The notes: a model not told the origin generated them from the letters alone. Positions 24,917 to 38,218 are shown, counted from the first letter of the stretch. The stretch is 64,000 nt of DNA from Octopus bimaculoides (GCF_001194135.2 NC_068997.1:20125342-20189341); one strand, 5' to 3'. Numbers and translations: made by a program.

Positions 24917-26246
24917 NNNNNNNNNNNNNNNNNNNNNNNNNNNNNNNNNNNNNNNNNNNNNNNNNNNNNNNNNNNNNNNNNNNNNNNNNNNNNNNNNNNN
25001 NNNNNNNNNNNNNNNNNNNNNNNNNNNNNNNNNNNNNNNNNNNNNNNNNNNNNNNNNNNNNNNNNNNNNNNNNNNNNNNNNNNNNNNNNNNNNNNNNNNN
25101 NNNNNNNNNNNNNNNNNNNNNNNNNNNNNNNNNNNNNNNNNNNNNNNNNNNNNNNNNNNNNNNNNNNNNNNNNNNNNNNNNNNNNNNNNNNNNNNNNNNN
25201 NNNNNNNNNNNNNNNNNNNNNNNNNNNNNNNNNNNNNNNNNNNNNNNNNNNNNNNNNNNNNNNNNNNNNNNNNNNNNNNNNNNNNNNNNNNNNNNNNNNN
25301 NNNNNNNNNNNNNNNNNNNNNNNNNNNNNNNNNNNNNNNNNNNNNNNNNNNNNNNNNNNNNNNNNNNNNNNNNNNNNNNNNNNNNNNNNNNNNNNNNNNN
25401 NNNNNNNNNNNNNNNNNNNNNNNNNNNNNNNNNNNNNNNNNNNNNNNNNNNNNNNNNNNNNNNNNNNNNNNNNNNNNNNNNNNNNNNNNNNNNNNNNNNN
25501 NNNNNNNNNNNNNNNNNNNNNNNNNNNNNNNNNNNNNNNNNNNNNNNNNNNNNNNNNNNNNNNNNNNNNNNNNNNNNNNNNNNNNNNNNNNNNNNNNNNN
25601 NNNNNNNNNNNNNNNNNNNNNTGTGTGTGTGTGTGTGTGTGTGTGTATACATACACACACATGTGTGTATGTGCGTAATCTGCATCATTTTAAGCTTCGC
25701 AAATGTAAAAACATGTCTGATGGTTTCTGAGTGTTGAGTGGTCTTTTCTTTCATTTGAATACACGCGCCCGCGCGCACACATACACTCACCCACACACAC
25801 ATATCCACACATATCCTTATCTATACATATTGTAAATATAAATATATATATTAAAAAGTCTCGGTGTGAGAAATATAAAAAAGTATATGCATTCCTTCTA
25901 TGTCTTTGATGTGCATGTGTACGCGCGTGTGTATGTGTGTACCTGTATTTGTGTGTGTGTGTGTGTGTGTGTGCATCCTAACTTGTGAGATATTTATTGA
26001 GTGTTAAGCATGCTTTAGATTAAATCGGTCGAAATGTGTTACATTCAAAACATATCTCTAAATCCTTTAATAAATTCGTCTAGGTTGCTTGTTTTTTTTG
26101 TTGTTTTTTTTTTTGTTTTTTACTGAAGAGTTGGGTTGCCTGATGGTATGTTTATATAAACAAAATAATTAACAATTCCATTCGTTTCCTATCTTGATTC
26201 GTTCGAAAGGCTGCCTTCGTTCAGGTTTCGTTGACACAGATTTACC

Positions 26247-26370
26247 GTTCTGGACCCCAGTAATAAATTCATTTGCATACAGCCAATCAGAGCTCACTTT
26301 GACCTTGTCAATTTAACAAACACACTCTACCAAGTAAACTCAAGACAAAAAGAATGGTGTTGTAAGTCGA
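26247..26370 (+). promoter_or_regulatory. Octamer plus CCAAT module, with an inverted homologue at 39197-39297
   Basis: ggaccccagtaataaattc-ATTTGCAT-acag-CCAAT-cagag...cacactctaccaagtaaactcaaga. The reverse complement of 39197-39297 aligns at high identity apart from one indel. Confidence 0.5.
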
Positions 26371-26577
26371 CCGATCGACAAGTTATGCTTGATTTTAGAA
26401 GGAGACAAGTAATTAGATAGTTTTGTATCTATACCTATTATGGGATTTTGTTGCAGAGCACTGCTGTAGAACACAATGCGCCGCTCAGTCCAGGAATCGA
26501 ACCCACGATCGCAAGTGCAATGCCCTAACCACTTGGCCACGTGCCTTCACTATTGCTTTAGGAATAAGGAAGGGCAC

Positions 26578-26742
26578 CAGTGGCATAGCTAGAGTGTGTT
26601 GCTGCCCGGGGCAGTCACTGAGCTTGCACCTCCACCCTGATCCCCGCCTCAAAGTGCTGACCCCATAAAAGTGTTACCCGGGTAGGACTGCAACCTGCAT
26701 TCCATGCCCATTTCATTCCACATCACGCTAGCTATGTCATTG
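26578..26742. mobile_element. hAT-type MITE
   Basis: TIRs cagtggcatagctag and ctagctatgtcattg. Flanks aagggcac/aaggagac match at 6 of 8 positions. Confidence 0.65.
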
Positions 26743-26809
26743 AAGGAGACATTGGATAGAATTGCTTTTATCACAAGAAAAGAAATAATACCTTTGTCTC
26801 GTTTGACAG

Positions 26810-26929
26810 GAACGCATTGTCTGCTCGATCAAGATTGACCAGGGAGGGTCCAAACAAAAACAGTAACAACAACAGCAGCTACAACGACCACAACAGCAAC
26901 AACTGGAACAAATCTTCGGGCAGAGCATG
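26810..26929 (+). CDS. Candidate 120-nt phase 2-2 exon (NALSARSRLTREGPNKNSNNNSSYNDHNSNNWNKSSGRA)
   Basis: Good acceptor ctttgtctcgtttgacag, weaker donor TG|gttatg. Only one phase is open. Asn-rich low complexity. Confidence 0.25.
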
Positions 26930-27844
26930 GTTATGTTTTTGCCCCTTCTCTAAAATATTTGGATATTATATTAATGTAATATAAATAACAACATCAAAAT
27001 TAGATGAATGAACAAGCGATATCTATGGCTGAATTTAAACATCAAACCTGGCATATGCAACATACATACATACGTACGTACGTGTGTGTGTGTGTGTGTG
27101 TGTAGTGTATAGGTTTGTAAATTTTAATATACACCGGATGTCGGCCTCTACATATGCGTGTGTGTATGTGTGTGTGGTTGTATGTATGTATGTGTTTTTA
27201 CGTATGTGTATGTGTGCGTGTGCTAGAGAGAAGGGGCAGTGGTTATATTGATTTCTATTGTACTTAGTAACAATAACGATTTCTTTTGATGTATTTTATT
27301 GATTCACACTTATGCACACACACAGACACACACACACACACTCACACACACGCACACACTTTCACGCATGCACACACACGCGCGCGTGCACTCGCGTACA
27401 GATGTACCCACGTATACATACACATTCTCTTTCATATCCACACTTTTATTTACAGCCAAAGTATATTAGCCCAACCGCAAAAAAAAAGGAGAGAATAAAA
27501 TAAATAAATAAGAATTTTTAAAATATTAAAAAAATATATATATTCCGTGTTATTGATGTTTCTAGTTCATCTCTCAATATTCAAATATATTTTAAAATTT
27601 CTATNNNNNNNNNNAAAAAAAAAAAAAATCCCTTACGGTATTAAGTTGCGCCCCTTTATAATATAATCTGAATTGGAATCCCGCTGAGGTCGACATTTTG
27701 TCTTTTATCTTTCCAGGATGGCTAAAATAAAAACCATTCAAATACTGAGATTCGTCTAATCGACAATTCCGTCCGCGTCGCCTCCTGAATATATGTGGTC
27801 ATTGTGCTTCTTAATCTTAGAAAATCAATAGTTTGTCGCTTTAC

Positions 27845-27975
27845 ACGCTTCGCCTCGCTTCATGCTTTTGCTTGATGGGGCTGGGGTCATAACATGTTAG
27901 TGGTCCCAGAGACATTATCCTGCGTAGAGCCGACCACTTGAGAACAGTGGAGAAGATTTGTCGATAGCCTATGCT
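27845..27975 (-). CDS. Candidate exon (SIGYRQIFSTVLKWSALRRIMSLGPLTCYDPSPIKQKHEARRS)
   Basis: Acceptor cccttcattcattatag and donor GT|gtaaag. One phase is open across 131 nt. Confidence 0.2.
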
Positions 27976-28407
27976 CTATAATGAATGAAGGGCTTAACTA
28001 AGGAGCAGAAAGCTTAACGACAACGTTGACTCCAATGGGAGTTGAACCCAGAGCATAAAGATAAAGGTGCAAAGCTGAATACTGCAATGCGTTCATTCCG
28101 TCGCTTTACTTTCTCAGCCGATCGCCATCTTAACCAAAAAAATACACAGGGAATAAAATCCTCCCAAACTTATTTATTTATTTGATCTAAAATCGATATC
28201 CAACAATAGCACAATCTTTTATTCTTTTATTTGTTTCATTAATTTGACTGCGGTCATGCTGGAGCACCACCTTGAAGAATTTTAGTCGAATCGACCCCAC
28301 GTCTTAATTTTTTTAAAGCCTGGTACTTATTTTATCGGTCTCTTTTGTCGGGGATGTAAACACACCAACACCGGTTGTCAAGTGGTGACGGGGCGGGGAC
28401 AAATATA

Positions 28408-28443
<36 letters not shown>

Positions 28444-28629
28444 TATATATCAAAAGCCTGAAACAAAGAAAAAAATATATATATATATTCTTTCAGTTTC
28501 CATCTACTAAATCCACACACAAGGCTTTAGTTGGCCCGAAGCTCGGATCTTTCTGATTTGACGGGCACCACTTGTTTTCTTAACGAAACACTTTCAAATT
28601 TGGGATACTGGTAGAATGTGTCATTTTTG

Positions 28630-28926
28630 GCCTGTGGTCCCCTTTGATTTCTGTTCTTTTCTGGTGAACCCCCAAAGCCATTCAATGTTTAAAAACTATT
28701 TTCATGGATGTTTCATTCAGAATTCCTCTTTTCTTTTTCACACATTAACTTGTGCAAGTTGAACTTTGTACAACGCCAGAGAAAGAAACCTGTTTCTTGC
28801 AATAAATACAACCAAAGTAAACATTTTTTTCATGGACTCTTAAAACACTACTGTAGACCCCAGTATACTATTCTGTCTGTGTGGAGGCCCAAAAGACTTA
28901 CATGGACTCCGGTTGAAAACCGCTGA
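28630..28926. mobile_element. hAT MITE fragment (same family as 18951 and 46116)
   Basis: ggtgaacccccaaagccatt...ctgtttcttgcaataaatac...catggac...ggttgaaaaccgctg. Confidence 0.75.
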
Positions 28927-29712
28927 GTCAGATGTACAAATTTGTGGTGTATGTGTGTGCGCGCATGTGATCACGGTTTGAACGTCTGTTCAGAGGTACA
29001 TTTGCTTAAACACAACAGACACGATACGAACTACTGATTCTTGGGCTTGTTGTGTAATTAATAACTTATGCGCAAGACTAACCACATCTCTCACTTAAGA
29101 ACCGCAAAGACATGATTCCCAAAGGAGATTTACTGAAAACTAATCACAGATAATAGATGAGAGAAGCATTTAGCTAAGTGTAACAGCACCAACGGTTGTA
29201 TCGGCAGCAGCATCATTATCAGCAGCAGCAACCGCTTTCCATAAATCTGTTTAGAGAATGGCGGCGTGACATTTTTGTCTGGGATATTATACGTAATAGA
29301 TGTATTGCACTATAATTCTGCAAATAGGTGTTGATGGAACTTTCGACTACGAGTTTTTGCTCTCGGGTGGGGTTTTTTTTTTATGGATCAACAGCGTGAA
29401 TTCATTATCATGTGATGACGTGTAACAAAAAACGAAAAAAAATTACAAAGAGATACAAAAAAAATTCAAGCTTTTAAACTTCATCTGTCGTGTTTCTATT
29501 TACACGTCATTTCAATCGCTATAATCTTTTGTTACTTTCTGGTGTTATAATTATGCGCATATATAAACGCAGGCACCCATTCATGCACGCATAGATATGT
29601 TATGTAGTTATATATGTATGTATAGACGCATGTATGTATATATGTAGGTATTAATACACACACGTATATGTAATATGCACACGCTGTGTCGCGTGTGTAT
29701 ATATATGTATGT

Positions 29713-29775
<63 letters not shown>

Positions 29776-30025
29776 NNNNNNNNNNNNNNNNNNNNNNNNN
29801 NNNNNNNNNNNNNNNNNNNNNNNNNNNNNNNNNNNNNNNNNNNNNNNNNNNNNNNNNNNNNNNNNNNNNNNNNNNNNNNNNNNNNNNNNNNNNNNNNNNN
29901 NNNNNNNNNNNNNNNNNNNNNNNNNNNNNNNNNNNNNNNNNNNNNNNNNNNNNNNNNNNNNNNNNNNNNNNNNNNNNNNNNNNNNNNNNNNNNNNNNNNN
30001 NNNNNNNNNNNNNNNNNNNNNNNNN

Positions 30026-30059
<34 letters not shown>

Positions 30060-30144
30060 ACACTATCAATGTAAAAGTGTTTGATATATATAAATATAAA
30101 TATATATATATACATATATCATACACACACACGTTAATATATAT

Positions 30145-30420
30145 ATCTTCTTAATCCTTTTTGCTCCTTGTGGAGCATAGTGCCTCAACAGTTATTTTCC
30201 ACTTTTTGCGGTCGTTGGCGTGTTTCTTGGCTGCTTCCCAATGTCTGGCCGGTGGTCCTGAGCTCATCCAAAATGCTCCGCTTCCATGTCTGCTTCGGGC
30301 GTCCTCGCTTCCTTTTCCTCTGCGGGTTCCAGTCAAGTGCTTGTCATGTCACATTTGAGGGTTGTTTCCGCAGTGTGTCCCCGATCCTTCTCCATTTCCT
30401 TCATTTAATCTGAACAGTGA
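30145..30420 (-). mobile_element. RTE-clade LINE 3' end
   Basis: Minus strand gives [42 protein letters not shown], the typical RTE C-terminal motif, followed by a short taagaaga tail. Confidence 0.8.
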
Positions 30421-31260
30421 GAATGGGTGTTCAATACACCATTAATCGATAAAAATTCTTTCTTTATGGGTTAAGGCTACCATTGGTTTCATATCAAATG
30501 AAATCGTTTAACAACTATCAAGCCTCACACATGGAATGTTGGTGTCCATTTCCATCTTGGATTAAAACACGTATAAGCACAAACACAGATGTGTATATAT
30601 GTGTTTGTGTTTGTGTGTGTGTGTGTGTGTAACATAATACGTGACAATTATTCAGTTGCCGAGTTTCGAATGTCGATAACTGATGAGATGCCAAAGCAGG
30701 TTTCCGCCCCGACATCCGAAACCCTGACTCTTATTATGGCAACCAAATAATTGTCGCATATTATATTACAGATGAATTCCTCTATTTACATAATATCGAG
30801 GTCTCTCTCATTCTTTTGCTGTCTTACCATTACTATTAATAGATAGGTAGATAGATAGATAGATAGATAGAGATAGAGAGAGAGAGAGAGAGGGGGGGAG
30901 ACGAAGATGATGGGATTCTCAGAGTTTCATAGAAAATACCGAAGGTGCCTCACAGTGAAACCGGACCTAAAACCACATAGTTGCGAACCAAAATTGTTAA
31001 CCACGTAGCCGACACCATAAAACTAGTAGGAGCTTTTCAGTACCTATAACACTCTTAACTTTTGGTGTTAACTTCTTTCTTTCTGAAAGGTTCTACTACT
31101 TTGAGTAGTTTTATACAATTAGATTAGACATAATCAGTAGGGCAATAACTTAAAATTTCGAATTTTCTTTCAAATTTTCAAGTTGTAAATGCAAGAACTT
31201 TTAACGAAATTGTATCTATAAAGCATCCACTAACTCATACTCATAAAAACATACACACAT

Positions 31261-31295
<35 letters not shown>

Positions 31296-32424
31296 NNNNN
31301 NNNNNNNNNNNNNNNNNNNNNNNNNNNNNNNNNNNNNNNNNNNNNNNNNNNNNNNNNNNNNNNNNNNNNNNNNNNNNNNNNNNNNNNNNNNNNNNNNNNN
31401 NNNNNNNNNNNNNNNNNNNNNNNNNNCCTTCCTTTTTGTCGAGTAATGGCAAAATAACAAAGGCGTACAGATAAAACAACGAGCTTTTTGTATGCAGTGC
31501 TTGAATGTGCCACAACAGAAGATATAATAGGTAGGCGCCATTGAAAAAAACATAAGCTATTTTCAAGAAAGAATGTAAGAATAACATTTTCCTCAATGAA
31601 TCCTTTCTCCTTAGATTTATTCATTTACTTCCATCTGCTTTCTCTTCATCTCTTAGTCACATGCTTCGTCAGCATAGAGTATATTTTTGTTACTCTAGAG
31701 ATATTTGAAAATATTATTTTTAAAAATCAAGCCTGCTTCTTCAACCGTTTCTCCACCTCTTTACCTTTCTTCCTTTCTGTGTCTATTTTTTTTTTATCTT
31801 GTTTCATCTGTTCGTCATTTTTCTATTCTTTTTCTTTCTTTCCATCCTTTAGCCACAGTTTCTATACATAACCGTTTTATCAACGCTAATCTGTCGGTAT
31901 CCAAACAACTATTCAAAGTACGTGTCTACTTTCAAATATTTTTGTGACTTTTCAACGATGCCAAAATCATGTGTGGTGTATATAAATGTATGTTCTTTGT
32001 TATCTCACTGCTACCCGACGACCTAAAGGTGAAACTCGGAGGGGTACAATGAAATTTCAGTTTCTAATGGCTGCAATTTTACTCTGCACTTCGTAATGAA
32101 TAACTTTTCACGTCTTTGGATATCCTATCAGGCATTATTTTCATTTGTCACATGTGCATCTTTGATCATGGGCAGGAGTAGTGGGGGGGGTGTCATAGTC
32201 ATGTGCTGAGAGGAATTCTTTGAGGTTTGAATAATTCACCTCTGGAAACATGGGTTTTCTTTCATCATCCTTAAACAAATCTATCACTATATGTCGCGCA
32301 CATACGGTTGTGATGTAGATACCTGGTGTGCCCTTATCAGAAGGGTAGTCATGGTAGGTATATTGGGCCTCGTATATTTGTATCCCAGTGTCACTTTGAT
32401 GGCATGTACTGCTCTCTTACTCAA

Positions 32425-32434
32425 TAAAAATAAC

Positions 32435-32465
<31 letters not shown>

Positions 32466-33945
32466 TCTGGTTTTATTGGCCACAAGGGCTAATATAAATT
32501 TAAAATATGTAAGAACAAAGACAGGACGAAAGTTACAAAGGGTTTTGTCCGAAAAGAAGAAAACGTTCGTGTAAACAGGAAAAACAGAGAAAGATATAAC
32601 AAATAAAACTCCCAATAGGGGGAGGCGCTTCGAAAGGTTACACGTGGAAAACCCATAAAAGCCACGGGAGCCTGGTCAGAAAAATAAGAAAAGGGGTATG
32701 GAGCCTTTTCTCCTTTTACATTACCCTTTTTCTGCAGGTGTATTCTCAGAATTGGTCCGTTCATACTGGCCATTCTTCCAACAGTCACCCATCTTTCAAC
32801 AAATTTGCTATGAGACAGCACTTCCCTCTCTACTCTCATCTTCCTTTTCAAGTGGAACTTGAAAAAGTTGATGAGGCCTTGGCCNNNNNNNNNNNNNNNN
32901 NNNNNNNNNNNNNNNNNNNNNNNNNNNNNNNNNNNNNNNNNNNNNNNNNNNNNNNNNNNNNNNNNNNNNNNNNNNNNNNNNNNNNNNNNNNNNNNNNNNN
33001 NNNNNNNNNNNNNNNNNNNNNNNNNNNNNNNNNNNNNNNNNNNNNNNNNNNNNNNNNNNNNNNNNNNNNNNNNNNNNNNNNNNNNNNNNNNNNNNNNNNN
33101 NNNNNNNNNNNNNNNNNNNNNNNNNNNNNNNNNNNNNNNNNNNNNNNNNNNNNNNNNNNNNNNNNNNNNNNNNNNNNNNNNNNNNNNNNNNNNNNNNNNN
33201 NNNNNNNNNNNNNNNNNNNNNNNNNNNNNNNNNNNNNNNNNNNNNNNNNNNNNNNNNNNNNNNNNNNNNNNNNNNNNNNNNNNNNNNNNNNNNNNNNNNN
33301 NNNNNNNNNNNNNNNNNNNNNNNNNNNNNNNNNNNNNNNNNNNNNNNNNNNNNNNNNNNNNNNNNNNNNNNNNNNNNNNNNNNNNNNNNNNNNNNNNNNN
33401 NNNNNNNNNNNNNNNNNNNNNNNNNNNNNNNNNNNNNNNNNNNNNNNNNNNNNNNNNNNNNNNNNNNNNNNNNNNNNNNNNNNNNNNNNNNNNNNNNNNN
33501 NNNNNNNNNNNNNNNNNNNNNNNNNNNNNNNNNNNNNNNNNNNNNNNNNNNNNNNNNNNNNNNNNNNNNNNNNNNNNNNNNCGCTTGAGATATCGTAGCC
33601 TGAGTGCATGTTTGCGCATCAGTAACCACGGCATACCAAGGCCTACGTTCAGCGGCTGTTGACAGCAGATGGAGCGCCTGACCAGTGATACCTGACCCTT
33701 CCACAAAAAGTCGAAGAGCAAACGTACCAGCTTGGTTAACCAGCGGTCGGGACAAGGGACGACGGTTAAGCGGTAATAGATGACGGATGCGATGTGCACA
33801 TTCTCCACCTCCGCTCGACCTTTCAGGGACAGCTTCCGCTCGGCCCATTTTGCCCCGCCGCCGTCTTTTGGCCGGGAGCGGCACACATTTTTTATTTGTC
33901 TAGTGGTAGTAGCGAAAGGGCTAAAGACAGACACTTTCCTCTTTA
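32425..33945 (-). mobile_element. Tx1/L1-clade LINE 3' portion spanning an assembly gap
   Basis: WAERKLSLKGRAEVENVHIASVIYYRLTVVPCP...LLFDFLWKGQVSLVRRSICCQQPLNVGLGMP matches the L1/Tx1 post-RT consensus. The 3' UTR has AATAAA and a (TTA)n tail at 32425-32463. Confidence 0.85.
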
Positions 33946-34034
33946 GCCAAGCCCTCATCAACTTTTTCAAGTTTCACTTGAAAAAAGGAAGTTGAGGGTG
34001 GAGAGAGAAGTGTTGTCTTCTAGTAAGTTTGTTG

Positions 34035-34094
<60 letters not shown>

Positions 34095-34600
34095 TAGCTC
34101 ACTTTGATTTCTGGAAGACTCTAATAGAATGCTTGAATTACTGAAATTAAATTTAAAAGTGGAGTTTAATATCAGCTTACATAAACGAGTCTCCTGTTGT
34201 AATTAATTATAAGGATAAATACTTTGCAGTTACCACGAAAATATTTCTTTTGTGCAAGGCGATTTTGCAAAAGGTTGAATGGAATTGAATTAAAATAATC
34301 AAGTTTAGAACAATCAACAATATGATAATTGCCACAGTATATTTATATATTTTGTGTCACGCAAAGCGTCTTGATTAAATTTCAATATATTTGCATATAA
34401 CATGTAACTATTAGTTACAAATGTGAAAGAGCGTGGCTTAGTTGTTCGAGTATTCCGTTGACGATCATAATGTGGGTTCAGTTCCTAGACTGGACAGCGC
34501 GTGGTGTTCTTGAATACAGCATTTTATTTCACATTATTCCAGTTCACTCAGGTGAAAATGAGTACGTGCTGAGTGCTGAATGCTGATGCTGCTATCTCTA

Positions 34601-34642
<42 letters not shown>

Positions 34643-35789
34643 NNNNNNNNNNNNNNNNNNNNNNNNNNNNNNNNNNNNNNNNNNNNNNNNNNNNNNNNNN
34701 NNNNNNNNNNNNNNNNNNNNNNNNNNNNNNNNNNNNNNNNNNNNNNNNNNNNNNNNNNNNNNNNNNNNNNNNNNNNNNNNNNNNNNNNNNNNNNNNNNNN
34801 NNNNNNNNNNNNNNNNNNNNNNNNNNNNNNNNNNNNNNNNNNNNNNNNNNNNNNNNNNNNNNNNNNNNNNNNNNNNNNNNNNNNNNNNNNNNNNNNNNNN
34901 NNNNNNNNNNNNNNNNNNNNNNNNNNNNNNNNNNNNNNNNNNNNNNNNNNNNNNNNNNNNNNNNNNNNNNNNNNNNNNNNNNNNNNNNNNNNNNNNNNNN
35001 NNNNNNNNNNNNNNNNNNNNNNNNNNNNNNNNNNNNNNNNNNNNNNNNNNNNNNNNNNNNNNNNNNNNNNNNNNNNNNNNNNNNNNNNNNNNNNNNNNNN
35101 NNNNNNNNNNNNNNNNNNNNNNNNNNNNNNNNNNNNNNNNNNNNNNNNNNNNNNNNNNNNNNNNNNNNNNNNNNNNNNNNNNNNNNNNNNNNNNNNNNNN
35201 NNNNNNNNNNNNNNNNNNNNNNNNNNNNNNNNNNNNNNNNNNNNNNNNNNNNNNNNNNNNNNNNNNNNNNNNNNNNNNNNNNNNNNNNNNNNNNNNNNNN
35301 NNNNNNNNNNNNNNNNNNNNNNNNNNNNNNNNNNNNNNNNNNNNNNNNNNNNNNNNNNNNNNNNNNNNNNNNNNNNNNNNNNNNNNNNNNNNNNNNNNNN
35401 NNNNNNNNNNNNNNNNNNNNNNNNNNNNNNNNNNNNNNNNNNNNNNNNNAACGGCAAACAGAACAAAACAAGATACACGGATCGTTCGCAGCCAATTGCT
35501 TCGTCAGTCGGAGTCTGGAATGTCTACGTAGTTTCGCCCAATCCTCTCCGATACTACTCGAAACCAGTTGAGTCAAGGGCTTAAGCTGAAGGCATTAAGC
35601 CCCTGAGCAAGGCAAACGAATGTACATATACAAACACAAGGAAATAACAAATACTATCGGACGAACGTAACATAAGATATAGAATTATACATACACAATG
35701 GACAAAAAAGCCTTTCGGCTATACAACAAAAATAAAACAAAACAAACGGAACCTTTCGACTATCAGACAGTGTAGTAAGGTGCATTTAC

Positions 35790-35847
35790 TCTCAACATTC
35801 TCGCTACAGTCGTCCATCTTTTCCGAAATATTCCGTGTGACAGGCAT
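35790..35847 (-). CDS. Candidate first coding exon (MPVTRNISEKMDDCSENVE, phase 1)
   Basis: In-frame ATGs at 35847 and 35817, donor A|gtaaat, and CpG-rich unique flanks at 35450-36000. Confidence 0.2.
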
Positions 35848-36193
35848 CTCCTCTCCATCCTTATTTTCCTTTTCATATGGAAAAGGAAAAAGTTCACCAG
35901 CCAAAGTGAAAGTGAAAGTGCCTGTCACGATCCCTTCCACACTCGTCTTCCACACTACCCCCTTTGTGATAGCTACCACGCAGAGGAAACAAAAGGTTTG
36001 GATCCAAAGGTTTTTTTAACCCAGCATGTACACAATATTATTTATAGCTTTATTTGCTTCGAGTTAAACCGTTCCAAAAAAGAATTGTTTTCTCGAAGTT
36101 TCTGAATCAAACCATCAACGATGTGCACACATACATACATACATACATATATAAACACACACACACAACGATATGCATGTGTATATATATGTG

Positions 36194-36234
<41 letters not shown>

Positions 36235-36294
36235 TATGTGTATGTATATATGTGTATACATATGAGCGTATCTGAGTGAGTATGTCTGTATCCA

Positions 36295-36336
<42 letters not shown>

Positions 36337-37369
36337 GAGCAACCTTGAGTATTTTTCTGTAAATGTGTCTGTAATTTCATGTATGTATGTATATAAACAT
36401 AGTGAACTCTCTTGAATGCTTATGTGCATATGTATTCACATATATAAGCTTCGTGTTGTAATTACGTATCTATACGTAGTGTCTATCTTTGACTATGAGC
36501 GGGAAAAGTGACTGGTAGTAAGAAACGAGAGAAGGTAATCATCTCAAGATAAATTTATCATCTAATGATACCTGTCTTCTTCCCTTTACTATTAACAGAC
36601 GTTAATTTCCTGTTATTCAGGCCGTTGCAATGACCATTAACAAAGCGCATATATTTTTACTAAATTTTATAATAATTTTCAATTGGCCTACTCTTTGCAG
36701 TGTTATCATAGTACCATCACAGGTCAAAGTATATTTAAACTGTCGGCCAGGCTAAGTCTAAATTATTGTATAAAATAAAATTTTCTACATTCAGTTGTGT
36801 AACTGGGGCAGGGGTAGAGACAGGAGCGGCACGCCCTGGGGGACGCTTTTAGAGAAGTGGTGGTGGGAGGAGGGTACGTTTCGATCTGCTGCATAAGCCT
36901 ATATAGAGGAAAGGGACAGCAGATTCAAGGGCTGCCCTTGGTGGTATACTCACTCTAAGCTGCACCACTGTCTACCTTTAAAACGTATTGGGTTGCCCGA
37001 CCATCCAACTCCCTTGTTCGTCATGTTCTACGTTCGTTCCTGTATACCTCTGACCATCTTCCACTCTAATTCCACTTTCTCACCCTATAAATACTCCTCC
37101 AGCATTTACCCACCTATAGTGATTCTACTGACGCCACGCTTGCTTCTATAACCCCTTCTAGGACATGTCTTGAGGATACACTCTGACACCTTGTCACCGC
37201 CCACTTATATATATATATAATGCGGGGTAACCCTGAATCCTTCACGACTGTAATTCTTTTCCTGTTTCATCTGTAGTACTTTGACCTCTCAACACCTCAC
37301 ATGCAGCCACCAAGCTTTCTCTAATACTTCTCTCAATCGAAGGGGCTCTTTAGTCTTACGAGTTACAAG

Positions 37370-37720
37370 CAGGGCTGGATTAAGATCCATAGAGTCCCTA
37401 AGCACTTAAAAGATTTTGGTGCCCTCCCCACCGCCATATACATGTAATTTAAAATATAAACAACAATAAATCATAAAATAAATTTCTATTTTTCAAAAGT
37501 AAGATGGAAAACAATGTTTAGTTTTGTATACTTCCATTTTATTTATATTTGAAAAGTTTTCTCCTACTTTTTTTAATTGCAAAGTCTTTGATCAGATCTT
37601 CACTATAACACCATGAATACTTCTAAATCATATTTTTGGTCATATAAATCACTTCGAATATTATTTTAGCAAGTTTAAGTGATTTCTTTTGTGTCATAAA
37701 CCATTTACTATTTCTGTAAT
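37370..37720 (+). mobile_element. hAT-like element left-end fragment (second copy at 52913-53140)
   Basis: cagggctggattaagatccatagag(t/a)(c/g)cctaagcacttaaaag...tttggtgccctc and the downstream AT-rich interior are shared by both copies. Right TIR not found. Confidence 0.6.
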
Positions 37721-37876
37721 GCTCCTCTTCCCTTGTTGCCTGAAGAATGTGCTTATTTTACTCAATGGTTAGTCCAGCACTGGTTGCAAGGTAACATCAA
37801 TAGTATAGGTGACATGACAGTACACTCAGTATGGTGGTTGGCGTTAAGAAGGGCATCTAGATATAGAAATCATGTC

Positions 37877-37910
<34 letters not shown>

Positions 37911-37921
37911 ATGTATATATA

Positions 37922-38126
37922 CAGGGTAGCCCAAAAGTAGGTTTACTGTTAACACGTAGGCACTTTAAATTTCTTTTAAAGCATTTTATTACACTTAAAT
38001 TTCTATCTTACAAACAGAAAAGGGAACTTGACAAAATTAGCTAAATTAGTATAGAATAATGGTTTCAACTGTTAATATATGAATGCGAAAGAGATAGTTG
38101 AATAAACTTACTTTTGGGCCACCCTG
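37922..38126. mobile_element. Tc1/mariner-type MITE
   Basis: 26-bp TIRs cagggtagcccaaaagtaggtttact and aataaacttacttttgggccaccctg, with TA on both sides. Confidence 0.85.
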
Positions 38127-38149
38127 TATGTGCATACACACACACACAC

Positions 38150-38208
<59 letters not shown>

Positions 38209-38218
38209 NNNNNNNNNN

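Noticed and set aside
30675-30735. Hammerhead-like gataa-CTGATGA...GAAA...tc-ttatt
   Set aside because: Stem I is plausible, but stem II is out of register and stem III has a C-C mismatch. At most a dead relic.
31440-31530. Possible phase-1 exon ending ATAG|gtaggc that would fit exon 55540
   Set aside because: An in-frame TAA lies directly upstream, with no acceptor or ATG after it.
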